A stretch of 29,216 bases of DNA from an uncultured Lachnospiraceae bacterium (GCA_946623295.1 CAMOQY010000001.1:1-29216); one strand, 5' to 3'. Numbered from the stretch's first letter, positions 8,444-17,168 are shown. Notes: generated by a model from the sequence alone, not told the origin. Translations and numbers: made by a program.

Positions 8444-8617
8444 CTATATCTGATGTCTCACTACGGCGTATTCGTCGCCGTTGCGCCAGAACCGGCACTG
8501 CCTGAAGTCCGAGCCCGCGAGTCTGGCGTAGTCGTCTTCATCCATATCGATGGTGCAGTACCATTCTTCGTCTTCATCGTCATATTCGTAGTAGGCACAG
8601 GTCTCGCAGTCTGCCAT
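8444..8617 (-). CDS. Small acidic Cys-rich protein, 57 aa (resembles DUF6472 family); absent from the ORF track
   Basis: MADCETCAYYEYDDEDEEWYCTIDMDEDDYARLAGSDFRQCRFWRNGDEYAVVRHQI*; GAGGAGG SD and TGATG overlap with the upstream gene; family name is from recall. Confidence 0.85.
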   Translation of the reverse strand: MADCETCAYYEYDDEDEEWYCTIDMDEDDYARLAGSDFRQCRFWRNGDEYAVVRHQI

Positions 8618-9558
8618 CAGAAGCTGACCTCCTCACAGAGCGGCCTCTCAAGCAGCTCGGGGTTTTCCATGAGCTTTTTAAAGAGCCGGATGGTCTTTGC
8701 ATAGTAAAAGCCGTCGGCAAGCCGTTCGTCGATGATAAAGCTGACGTCTATGCTGTCGCGCATCTCGACGTTGCCGCGGCGGTCATAGAACGGGCGCAGC
8801 TTCTTTTCCCCGACGGAGATAAAGAAGGAGTTTGTGCCCCAGTTCGTCAGATGGTGATAGCCGGACTGCATGCGCAGCGACCCTACGTACGTCAGCACGA
8901 CGGAAGAGTAGTAGGGATCCGTCTCGATAAGCGACCGGGGAACCTTGCCGTGGCGGTCCAGCACACGGACAAATTTAATGATGGACTTGCTGATAAAGCG
9001 CGGAACTTTTTTCGTAAAGAAGTCCATGGCCTGCGTAGAGGGATCGATCTGACCGCTTTCGCGCACGAGCCCTACCTGGCGGTTTACGTCGGCCCAGATA
9101 TCATCCAGAGTGGACTCGTCCCTGGCGTGTATAAAAGCGAGGCCCTCGTCGGAGTCGTCGCGCAGGTGCGTCTTGATCGTAAAGGCTGCGGAGATCTCGT
9201 TGCGCTGGTAGAGGTTGTTGTTTGCTATAAAGCGGTTCATGCGCGGGCGCAGATAGATCGTCTTCATGGCAGCGTAGAGGATGACGGTAAAGGGGCTAAG
9301 CCGCTTCATGCCGGCGACGTCCCGGTTCTTTTCCTCGAGGTACGCGTTCAGCTTCGTGACGTCGATGACGTCGGAGATAAAAGCCTCGTTGTCGCAGCGG
9401 TTGGGATAGATGATGGGCATGATGAAATGCATGCTGTCGATATCCCTCAGCAGATGCCCGTCCCACCTGTCCCCGTGACGGCGTTTTCTGGAGATCAGCT
9501 CTCTGACCTGCTCGATCTCGGACTTTTTTTGTTCGCTTTTTTCAACTGTTTCTTCCAT
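8617..9558 (-). CDS. Stand-alone 2-oxoacid dehydrogenase E2-like acyltransferase catalytic-domain protein (no lipoyl domain; DHRxxDG is DERLADG)
   Basis: Fold-typical segments RPRMNRF, ISAAFTIK, SSVVLTYVGSL, C-terminal SFIIDERLADGFYYAK...LMENPELL; start at ATG 9558 with AGGGGA SD. Confidence 0.8.
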   Translation of the reverse strand: MEETVEKSEQKKSEIEQVRELISRKRRHGDRWDGHLLRDIDSMHFIMPIIYPNRCDNEAFISDVIDVTKLNAYLEEKNRDVAGMKRLSPFTVILYAAMKTIYLRPRMNRFIANNNLYQRNEISAAFTIKTHLRDDSDEGLAFIHARDESTLDDIWADVNRQVGLVRESGQIDPSTQAMDFFTKKVPRFISKSIIKFVRVLDRHGKVPRSLIETDPYYSSVVLTYVGSLRMQSGYHHLTNWGTNSFFISVGEKKLRPFYDRRGNVEMRDSIDVSFIIDERLADGFYYAKTIRLFKKLMENPELLERPLCEEVSF

Positions 9559-9590
9559 GATATCGTCCCCTAACTTGCTCGCTGCGAAAA

Positions 9591-9619
9591 AGTATAGCAA
9601 AACCGCGCTTTCCGCGCAA
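9591..9619 (-). promoter_or_regulatory. Putative sigma-A promoter for the E2-like/Cys-rich gene pair
   Basis: TTGCGC-N17-TATACT with extended TGn. Confidence 0.6.
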
Positions 9620-9649
9620 TAAGTAAAAGTGTGAATTCTCAGCTTGTAT

Positions 9650-9678
9650 TTGCGTTTTGATATGAAATAGTATAAAAT
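9650..9678 (+). promoter_or_regulatory. Putative sigma-A promoter for the DAACS symporter (divergent)
   Basis: TTGCGT-N17-TAAAAT. Confidence 0.5.
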
Positions 9679-9792
9679 TTATGGACGTATCCGCCGCGGT
9701 GTGCGCGGATACGAAGCTGAAAGGCTTGCGACATGCTGGCCTGCTGCCGGGGAGGATGTAAAGGCGCTGGAGGAGGCGCCTGACCGGATCGT

Positions 9793-11025
9793 ATGATGGA
9801 AAAGAATCGAAAAAACGGATATCTGAATATCGCCATCGCTGTTGCTTTTATACTCGGGACCGTGCTCGGACTGCTGGTCCCGGATATCTTTGCGCCGGTC
9901 GCCTTTGTCGGCGAGATATACGTCCGCCTTCTCAAGCTGATCGTCATTCCTCTGCTCATGACCCAGGTCACGGTAAGCGTCACGCGGGCAGCCGGTTCTC
10001 TGGCGAGGCGCGTGGTAAAGTCCATTGCGCTCTTTGCAGTAATGTTCGCGGTGTCCTTCTGTATCATGGCTGTACTTACGGCTATCGTTTCGCCGGGCAG
10101 CGGAGTGATCCTGCCTGAGGCGCAGTGGGAGGGAAGCGCGGCAGTGACCACCCCGGAGGGCTTTTTCCGGAGCGTGATCAGCGAAAATATCTTTGCCTCC
10201 ATGGCGTCGGGAGCGATCCTGCCCTGCATACTTTTTGCTTTTGTGCTCGGAATTGCGCTTTCGCGTACGGGACGCGGCCGCGCGGTCGAGGTCTTTGAGG
10301 ATCTTGAAGCGGCTTTTTCAAGGATCCTTGGCTATATTATGTATCTGACGCCCCTCGGCGTTTTTGTCCTTATGGGCGGCGCTGCTGCCTCGTGGGGACC
10401 TGAGCTGCTCGGCGTCGGCGCGCTCTATATCGGTCTGGCCTGGGCCGGCTGCCTGATCGTGACAGTGCTTGTCATGATACTGCCAGTGTGGCTTTTTGCG
10501 GGGATAAATCCCCTGACATATATCAGAAAAGTCGCAAGGATATGGGTCCTGACGCTGTCTACCTGTTCTTCCGCGGCGGTCCTTCCCTCGACGGTGCGAG
10601 TCTGCAACGAGGAATTCGGCGTTCCGAAGGAGATCACGGACGTGGTGGTGCCGCTGGGCTGCACGATCCATATGTGCGGAGGCGCGGTCTCGTTCTGCCT
10701 GCTCGGAATGTTTACGATGCAGGCCGCGGGGACCGGCATCGGCGCGGGGACCTTTTTCTATATGCTCCTGATCGCGGTCCTGATGAATATGGCCGCCCCG
10801 GGGATCCCCGGAGGGGGCATCGTGCTCGGAGCGACGTATCTCGGCATCCTCGGCGCGCCTACGGGCTTTATCGGGATGTACAGCGGCATTTACAGACTGC
10901 TGGATATGCCTTACACCACACTGAATGTTACCGGTGATATCACCGCAAATATCCTTATCGCAAAGAGCGAAAAGGCCTCCCGCCGTGAAAAAGGCGCGGA
11001 AGCAGCCGGCGATGAGAGCTTATAA
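9793..11025 (+). CDS. Dicarboxylate/amino acid:cation symporter (DAACS/SDF family)
   Basis: RLLKLIVIPL, STCSSAAVLP, PLGCTIHMCG (HP1/TM7-like), APGIPGGG, NVTGD motifs. Confidence 0.92.
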   Translation: MMEKNRKNGYLNIAIAVAFILGTVLGLLVPDIFAPVAFVGEIYVRLLKLIVIPLLMTQVTVSVTRAAGSLARRVVKSIALFAVMFAVSFCIMAVLTAIVSPGSGVILPEAQWEGSAAVTTPEGFFRSVISENIFASMASGAILPCILFAFVLGIALSRTGRGRAVEVFEDLEAAFSRILGYIMYLTPLGVFVLMGGAAASWGPELLGVGALYIGLAWAGCLIVTVLVMILPVWLFAGINPLTYIRKVARIWVLTLSTCSSAAVLPSTVRVCNEEFGVPKEITDVVVPLGCTIHMCGGAVSFCLLGMFTMQAAGTGIGAGTFFYMLLIAVLMNMAAPGIPGGGIVLGATYLGILGAPTGFIGMYSGIYRLLDMPYTTLNVTGDITANILIAKSEKASRREKGAEAAGDESL

Positions 11026-11046
11026 AGCGTCAATGAAAGGAGCCAT

Positions 11047-11991
11047 ATGATTTATATCGAAGATTTCAGAGAAGGCGACCGCATCAGCGGCATTTATCTG
11101 TGCAAGACCAAAGTCAACGCCCGTACAAAAAGCGGCAAAAGCTATTATTCCCTGACTCTTCAGGACCGCACCGGAGTCGTGGACGCAAAGATATGGGATC
11201 TGTCGAGCGGGATAGATCATTTTGAGGCGATGGATTATATTCATATCGAGGCCGAAGCCACGGTATTCCAGGGCGCGGTCCAGGTCAACATCAGGCGTGT
11301 GCGCAGAGCCCATGAGGGCGAATACGATCCCGCCGATTACCTGCCGTGTTCCCCCTACAGCACGGATGATATGTTCAAAAAAGTGCTGTTTTTTATAGGG
11401 ACTGTAAAAAACGAATATCTGCATGCGCTTCTCGAGAAATTCTTTATAGAGGACAAGGCCTTCGCAGCAGCTTTTTCAAAGCATTCCGCCGCGAAAAGCG
11501 TGCATCACAGCTTTGTCGGAGGTCTGCTGCAGCACACGGTGAGAGTTACCGAGATGTGCGAGTTTTACTGTCAGAGATATCTTATGCTGCAGAGAGACCT
11601 GCTCATCACCGGCGCACTGCTCCACGATATAGGCAAGGTAAAGGAGCTGTCGGCATTTCCCGCAAATGATTACACCGATGACGGGAACCTGCTCGGACAT
11701 ATAGCCATGGGCTTTGAGATGGTCATGACAAAGGGAAAGGAAATTCCGGGCTTCCCGCCTAAGCTCCTTTCCGAGCTCGGACATCTGATTTTGTCGCATC
11801 ACGGCGAGCTGGAATACGGCTCACCTAAAAAGCCCGCGCTCATCGAAGCGCTTGCGCTGCATCTGGCGGATAATTCCGACGCCAAGCTTCAGTCCATGAG
11901 CGAGATACTCGGACGGGCCGCAGAGGGCGACGCCTGGCTCGGCAATCAGCGCCTTTTCGATACCAATATCAGACGCACGACGGTGCTTTAG
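11047..11991 (+). CDS. yhaM: YhaM/Cbf1-family 3'-5' exoribonuclease (OB fold plus HD domain)
   Basis: LTLQDRTGVVDAKIW (OB), AAKSVHHSFVGGLLQHT, LLHDIGK, HLILSHHGELEYGSP; GAAAGGAG SD. Confidence 0.92.
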   Translation: MIYIEDFREGDRISGIYLCKTKVNARTKSGKSYYSLTLQDRTGVVDAKIWDLSSGIDHFEAMDYIHIEAEATVFQGAVQVNIRRVRRAHEGEYDPADYLPCSPYSTDDMFKKVLFFIGTVKNEYLHALLEKFFIEDKAFAAAFSKHSAAKSVHHSFVGGLLQHTVRVTEMCEFYCQRYLMLQRDLLITGALLHDIGKVKELSAFPANDYTDDGNLLGHIAMGFEMVMTKGKEIPGFPPKLLSELGHLILSHHGELEYGSPKKPALIEALALHLADNSDAKLQSMSEILGRAAEGDAWLGNQRLFDTNIRRTTVL

Positions 11992-12056
11992 ATCCCGGCG
12001 CCAAACAGGCTCTGCGCCGCAAGGACGATAAACAGTAAAAGATCGAAGTTTAAGCC

Positions 12057-12084
12057 TTGATTTTATTTTTTTCGGTGCTACAAT
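12057..12084 (+). promoter_or_regulatory. Putative sigma-A promoter for the antiporter-flavin reductase-mscS-hemZ run
   Basis: TTGATT-N16-TACAAT with extended TGn. Confidence 0.55.
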
Positions 12085-12120
12085 TTCTTCCTTGGAATAA
12101 AAAGAAAAGGAAGATTTGTA

Positions 12121-13389
12121 ATGAATGTTTTGCTTGATCTTGCCCTGGCGCTTATGGCAGGGCTGTTGATGACGAGGCTTTTCAACAGGTGGCACCTCCC
12201 GGACGTTACCGCGTTTCTTATAGCGGGCGTACTTATCGGGCCGTTTGTCCTGGGAAGGATCGGCGGCGGTGTGATCGGTTTTTCCACCTATGAGGAGGTG
12301 GCCGGGTTTGATGTGGTAAACCAGGTCGCCATGGGTTTTATAGCTTTCTCTATCGGAAGTGAGTTCAGACTCAGCCAGCTCAAAAAAACGGGCAGGCAGG
12401 CTCTGGTGATAGGCGTGGTGCAGTCGGTCTTTGCCGCGCTGATGGTCGATGCGGCTCTTATAGCCTTTCATTTTGCCTTCCCGTCGATCATATCGCTTCC
12501 CGCGGCGATCACTCTCGGAGCCATAGCATCGGCAACTGCTCCCGCCGCGACCTTGATGGTAGTGCGCCAGTACAAGGCAAAGGGCGAGCTGACGAGCCTC
12601 CTTCTGCCGATAGTCGCCCTTGACGACGCCGTCGGACTGATCCTTTTTGCGGTATCCTTCGGAGCGGCAAAGGTGATCCAGAGCGGACAGATAAATCTGA
12701 TCTCCATAGTTTTTGATCCGCTGATCGAGATAGTCTGCTCGCTTATCCTCGGAACGCTTGCGGGATGGGTGCTCACAAAGCTCGAGGCTTCATTCCATTC
12801 AAATACCAACCGCAATTCTCTCGCGACCTCATTTGTGATACTGACCGCCGCTCTCGCAACGGTGTCGTTTGACGCCGGACCGGTAAAGATCGGTTTTTCG
12901 CCGCTGCTCACCTGCATGATGCTGGGCACGGTCTTCTGCAATATCTGCGATTTCTCCGACGAGATCATGGCGAGGTCTTCAAAATGGTCGAGCCCGGTGC
13001 TGGCGTGCTTTTTTGTGCTGAGCGGCGCCGCGCTCCGGCTCGAGGTCTTTGGGGATTACATGCTGATAATCCTCGGAGCGGTTTATATCCTGTCCCGTTC
13101 CGCCGGAAAATACATCGGCGCAAGATTGTCGTCAAAGGCTGTGCACTGCAGCCCCAATGTGGTAAAATATCTCGGGATCACTTTGCTGCCTCAGGCAGGA
13201 GTGGCGCTCGGGATGTGCGTTACGGCCCAGAGCCTCGGAGAGGACGGGCTGCTGATACGCAATATCATCCTGTTCTCAGTACTGATCTATGAGCTTGTCG
13301 GACCTATCATGACGAGGAATGCGCTCATGGCGTCCGGCGATATCACGGCCATTCCGGCGGGCAAGAGCGCGCGTGTCAAAAACAGTTAG
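12121..13389 (+). CDS. Cation:proton antiporter (CPA2/KefB-like membrane domain only)
   Basis: LPDVTAFLIAGVLIGP, ASATAPAATLMVV, IVALDDAVGL, LLPQAGVALG motifs; about 12 TM helices. Confidence 0.9.
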   Translation: MNVLLDLALALMAGLLMTRLFNRWHLPDVTAFLIAGVLIGPFVLGRIGGGVIGFSTYEEVAGFDVVNQVAMGFIAFSIGSEFRLSQLKKTGRQALVIGVVQSVFAALMVDAALIAFHFAFPSIISLPAAITLGAIASATAPAATLMVVRQYKAKGELTSLLLPIVALDDAVGLILFAVSFGAAKVIQSGQINLISIVFDPLIEIVCSLILGTLAGWVLTKLEASFHSNTNRNSLATSFVILTAALATVSFDAGPVKIGFSPLLTCMMLGTVFCNICDFSDEIMARSSKWSSPVLACFFVLSGAALRLEVFGDYMLIILGAVYILSRSAGKYIGARLSSKAVHCSPNVVKYLGITLLPQAGVALGMCVTAQSLGEDGLLIRNIILFSVLIYELVGPIMTRNALMASGDITAIPAGKSARVKNS

Positions 13390-13452
13390 GCGCGCGGCGT
13401 AAGCGGCGCGGAGAGCCGGGGCCCGGGCGGTGCCGGCATAAGGAGACGACTC

Positions 13453-14025
13453 ATGAAGAAAAGACAAATGCGCGGCGGAAATATGCTCTATCCGGTGCCC
13501 GCGGCACTGGTGAGCTGCGCGGACCGCGAGGGAAATTCCAACCTTGTGACCGTGGCCTGGACCGGTACGGTGTGTTCCGATCCGCCCATGCTCTACGTGA
13601 GCCTCAGGAAAGACAGGTTTTCACACCATATGATCGCCGAGACAGGGGAGTTTGTGCTCAACCTGACGAATGAGGATATACTGAGAGCGACTGACCTGTG
13701 CGGAGTAAGATCCGGGAGAGACGCCGACAAATGGAAACTGGCGCATCTTACGCCGGAGCCCTCAAATGTCGTTTCCGCTCCTGCGGTGGCTGAGAGCCCC
13801 GTAAGTATTGAGTGCCGCGTAAAACAGATCCTGGAGCTTGGCTCGCACGACATGTTTCTTGCGGAGGTCGCCGCGGTCAACGCGGACGAGTCTCTTTTTG
13901 ATGAAAACGACCGGCTTGATCTGGGTAAAGCGCGGCTGGTCGCTTATTCTCACGGTGAATACAGAGCGCTCGGCAGGGTGCTGGGGTCCTTTGGCTTTTC
14001 AGTCAGAAAGAAGAAAAAGAAATGA
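13453..14025 (+). CDS. Flavin reductase-like protein (DIM6/NTAB family)
   Basis: LYPVPAALVS, SDPPMLYVS, TGEFVLN, CGVRSGRDADK, ELGSHDMF; AAGGAG SD. Confidence 0.92.
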   Translation: MKKRQMRGGNMLYPVPAALVSCADREGNSNLVTVAWTGTVCSDPPMLYVSLRKDRFSHHMIAETGEFVLNLTNEDILRATDLCGVRSGRDADKWKLAHLTPEPSNVVSAPAVAESPVSIECRVKQILELGSHDMFLAEVAAVNADESLFDENDRLDLGKARLVAYSHGEYRALGRVLGSFGFSVRKKKKK

Positions 14026-14804
14026 TGGAATGGCTCGAATCGATCGACTTCAGAAGAGTGATCGCGGTACTCATAGTGATCGCGGTTTTTGTCGCGCTCT
14101 GGATCCTGCTCCGCATGCTTTTTCACAGGTGGATAAAAGCAGAGCAGAAAAGCGGGTCAAAGCGGGGCATCGCTTCGGTCCTCTGGGATACCGTAAAGCT
14201 TTTGCTGGTGATCCTCGGGATCATCGTTCTCCTTGAGGTAAACGGCATCGACGTTACCTCGGCCATAGCAGGACTGGGGATAGCCAGTGCTGTCGTCGGT
14301 CTCGCTCTCCAGGATATCCTGAAGGATATCATAATGGGCGTGCATATCGCCATGGACGGCTTTTTCAAGGTGGGAGATTATATCTATTATCAGGGCGAGC
14401 TGTGCCGTGTGAAGGATTTTAATCTGCGCACCACAAAGCTTGAAAATATTACAAAGCCGGGCAGCTTTACTCTCTGCAACCGTCTGATCGAGTCGGTGGA
14501 GAGGGCTTCGGAGTTTGTGCAGCTGGATATTCCGGTGTCTTACTCCGTGCCGCAGAAGCTTGTCGATGAGACGCTGCGCAGAGCCTGCGCCCGCGCGGAG
14601 AGGATCGAGGGCGTAACCAGGATGGATTATACTGGTCTGGACAAGCTGGGCGACTCCGCGATGATATATGTAATCATGCTCTACTGCAACCAGGAAAGAC
14701 GCTACTATATCACCCGTGAGGTCATGAGCGTGATCAAAAACGAGATGGACAGCGCGCAGGTGACGGTACCGTTCAACCAGGTCGATGTTCATCTTGACAA
14801 GTGA
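14022..14804 (+). CDS. mscS: Small-conductance mechanosensitive channel family protein
   Basis: AGLGIASAVVGLALQDILKDIIMG, FKVGDYI, LRTTKL motifs; ATGA overlap with the upstream gene. Confidence 0.88.
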   Translation: MMEWLESIDFRRVIAVLIVIAVFVALWILLRMLFHRWIKAEQKSGSKRGIASVLWDTVKLLLVILGIIVLLEVNGIDVTSAIAGLGIASAVVGLALQDILKDIIMGVHIAMDGFFKVGDYIYYQGELCRVKDFNLRTTKLENITKPGSFTLCNRLIESVERASEFVQLDIPVSYSVPQKLVDETLRRACARAERIEGVTRMDYTGLDKLGDSAMIYVIMLYCNQERRYYITREVMSVIKNEMDSAQVTVPFNQVDVHLDK

Positions 14805-14809
14805 AGCAT

Positions 14810-16201
14810 ATGATCAGGATACTGAGAGGAAAATATACAGGTTTCGACTATGATGCCCGCGGAATAACGGGCTCTTTTTATCCCGGCCGGGAGATAGTAT
14901 TTGAGGACGGGACCGACGGCGAGATCGTAATAGATCTGGATCGCGTGCTTGCGGGCGAGCCCTGCGGAAAAAATGAGCTGAGAAAGCGCCTTTACAGGTA
15001 TCTTGAGCGAGAGAGCGGCAGGACTCTGCCGTGGGGCGTGCTGACCGGAGTGCGCCCGACAAAGCTTACCATGGCCGCGCTCAGGAGCGGCATGAGCAGA
15101 AGCGAAGCTGAGAGGCTGATGAGGGAAGAGTATCTTGTCAGCGCCGAAAAGGCTGCGCTTGCTGCGGGGATCTCGGAAAGGGAACTGCGCGTGCTGGGAG
15201 AGCTCGAGTCCGGATCGGACGGCCCGGGCTACAGCCTGTATGTGGGGATCCCTTTTTGCCCGACGCGGTGTTTGTACTGTTCTTTTACATCATACCCCAT
15301 AGCCGGATGGGCGCACAGAGTTGATGCGTATCTGGACGCGGTCCTGAAGGAGCTTGACTGGACCGCCGCGCGTTTTGCCGGACGTCCCTGCCACAGTGTT
15401 TATATCGGCGGCGGAACGCCTACCTCGCTGGGTCCCGCGGAGCTGGACCGTCTTCTTTCCGCGATCCGCGGGAAAATAGACTTTACGGCTGTCAGGGAGT
15501 TTACGGTGGAGGCCGGGAGGCCGGACAGTATCCCCCGCGAAAAGCTGGAGGTGCTTAAAAAGCACGGGGTCAGCCGCATCTCGATCAATCCCCAGACGAT
15601 GAACGACAGTACGCTGCGTCTTATCGGGCGCAGCCACAGCAGCGCGGAGATCACGGAAAAGTTCCTTCTGGCCAGGGAGCTTGGTTTTGATAATATCAAT
15701 ATGGATATCATCCTGGGACTTCCGGGAGAGATGGCGGAGGATACGGCGCGGACTATGGAGGCGCTTTCCCGCCTGCGCCCCGACAGTCTGACGGTCCACG
15801 CTCTCGCGGTAAAACGTGCTTCGCGCCTTAAGATGGAGTCTGCGGGCGCTGTCATGCCCGGCTATTCCGATGAGGAGTCTGTCAGGATGATGCGTATTGC
15901 TTCGGACGGCGCGCAGGCAATGGGTCTTTTGCCGTACTACCTCTACCGCCAGAAAAATATGGCTGGCAGCCTGGAAAATGTCGGATTTGCCGCGCCCGGA
16001 CGGGAAGGCATCTACAATATCGTGATCATAGAGGAGACGGAGTCTATAGTGGCGCTCGGTGCGGGCACAGTAACGAAGAATGTCGATAACGGTCCGAGAA
16101 ATATTACCCGCTGCGACTGCGCCAAGGAAGTTGAGGACTATATTGCGCGCATAGATGAGATGATCAGCAGGAAAGAGGCGCTTTTTTCTAAGCTGAGCTG
16201 A
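14810..16201 (+). CDS. hemZ: HemZ, coproporphyrinogen III oxidase-like radical SAM protein
   Basis: LPWGVLTGVRPTK, YVGIPFCPTRCLYCSF (CxxxCxxC), YIGGGTPT, EAGRPDSI, PYYLYRQKN; start ATG 14810 or GTG 14801. Confidence 0.93.
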   Translation: MIRILRGKYTGFDYDARGITGSFYPGREIVFEDGTDGEIVIDLDRVLAGEPCGKNELRKRLYRYLERESGRTLPWGVLTGVRPTKLTMAALRSGMSRSEAERLMREEYLVSAEKAALAAGISERELRVLGELESGSDGPGYSLYVGIPFCPTRCLYCSFTSYPIAGWAHRVDAYLDAVLKELDWTAARFAGRPCHSVYIGGGTPTSLGPAELDRLLSAIRGKIDFTAVREFTVEAGRPDSIPREKLEVLKKHGVSRISINPQTMNDSTLRLIGRSHSSAEITEKFLLARELGFDNINMDIILGLPGEMAEDTARTMEALSRLRPDSLTVHALAVKRASRLKMESAGAVMPGYSDEESVRMMRIASDGAQAMGLLPYYLYRQKNMAGSLENVGFAAPGREGIYNIVIIEETESIVALGAGTVTKNVDNGPRNITRCDCAKEVEDYIARIDEMISRKEALFSKLS

Positions 16202-16422
16202 CCGCCGCGCCTTGGCCGGGCCGCCGCTGATATGCTTTTTTCTCACGTGAGACACACCGCTCGGACGGTCATACGCTAACAAAAAACAGGATAGATCTTT
16301 TGCTCCCGCACGCTTGCGTCCGCAAAATCTATCCTGTTTTTTCTAACCGTATATCCGCCTTCGCTGGTCTCAATGCTCGAAAAAAGCATACCAGCGGCGG
16401 CCCGGCAAAGGCGCGGCGGTCA
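16199..16422. repeat. 224-bp imperfect palindrome (inverted duplication of a ~105-bp unit); MITE/BIME-like
   Basis: Outer arms 16199-16242 and 16379-16422 match 42/44; inner arms 16281-16296 and 16327-16342 match 16/16; both ends start at the TGA of the flanking genes. Confidence 0.9.
16281..16342. terminator. Bidirectional terminator-like core of the palindrome
   Basis: AAAAAACAGGATAGAT...ATCTATCCTGTTTTTT between convergent hemZ and pyrR. Confidence 0.7.
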
Positions 16423-16962
16423 CTCGGTCTCGTGAAGCTCGACGCAGGTCTCATCCTCGTAGGGCGGGATCTTGACGGAGATAAGCTCGTTGCGGGAGGT
16501 AGGAACGTTTTTTCCTACGTAGTCGCCGCGGATCGGGAGCTCGCGGTGTCCGCGGTCCACGAGCACTGCCAGCTGCACGGATCCGGCCCGTCCAAAGGAC
16601 TTGAGCGCATCCAGCGCGGCAGAGGCGGTACGTCCGGTATAGAGCACGTCGTCAACAAGCACGACGGCGCGGTCGTCGATGGGAAATCCCAGCTCTGTGT
16701 GATGGACGATAGGATTGACTGAATCTTTTTCCAGATCATCCCGGTAAAACGTGATATCGAGCTCGCCGACCGGAACCCTTGTACCCTCGATCGACTCGAT
16801 GTTTTCAGCGATGATGCGCGCCAGCGGCAGTCCGCGGCGCCGGATGCCGACAATGCATATATCGTCTGCGCCGTTGTTGTGCTCCACTATCTCGTGCGAG
16901 ATACGTTTGAGCGCTCTTTTGACCGCAGTTTCGTCCATTATGGTGGTCTTGTATCTGTACAT
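16420..16962 (-). CDS. pyrR: Pyrimidine attenuation regulator/uracil phosphoribosyltransferase
   Basis: KRISHEIVE, GIRRRG, LDITFYRDDL, VVLVDDVLYTGRT, DRGHRELPIRGDYVGKNVPTS; CAGGAG SD. Confidence 0.97.
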   Translation of the reverse strand: MYRYKTTIMDETAVKRALKRISHEIVEHNNGADDICIVGIRRRGLPLARIIAENIESIEGTRVPVGELDITFYRDDLEKDSVNPIVHHTELGFPIDDRAVVLVDDVLYTGRTASAALDALKSFGRAGSVQLAVLVDRGHRELPIRGDYVGKNVPTSRNELISVKIPPYEDETCVELHETE

Positions 16963-16999
16963 TCCGATCTCCTGTCAGAAAAATAATCCGGATAAAAGA

Positions 17000-17027
17000 A
17001 TTATATCAGCAACCCGGCTTTTTTCAA
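17000..17027 (-). promoter_or_regulatory. Putative sigma-A promoter of pyrR
   Basis: TTGAAA-N16-TATAAT with extended TGn. Confidence 0.7.
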
Positions 17028-17105
17028 GCACAGCCGCCTCTTTATAAATTTCAGCATTCTTATTAAAAAAACTCATCAGTAAAAACTGTTCAAATCGGCT
17101 TGTTA

Positions 17106-17114
17106 TGGTATAAT
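17106..17114 (+). promoter_or_regulatory. Extended -10 promoter of tyrS
   Basis: TGgTATAAT about 55 nt upstream of the ATG; no good -35. Confidence 0.6.
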
Positions 17115-17168
17115 ACAGAAAAAGTTTTTTGGCAGCTGTCAATGACGGCTGCGGATACGGGGAAATAT

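Noticed and set aside
9681-9761. 26-codon upstream ORF (MDVSAAVCADTKLKGLRHAGLLPGRM) before the DAACS gene
   Set aside because: Its ATG lies at or before the predicted TSS, no SD, no run of regulatory codons
16199-16422. Autonomous IS element, CRISPR array or hairpin-telomere site
   Set aside because: No transposase, resolvase or protelomerase ORF, no target duplication and no repeat-spacer periodicity
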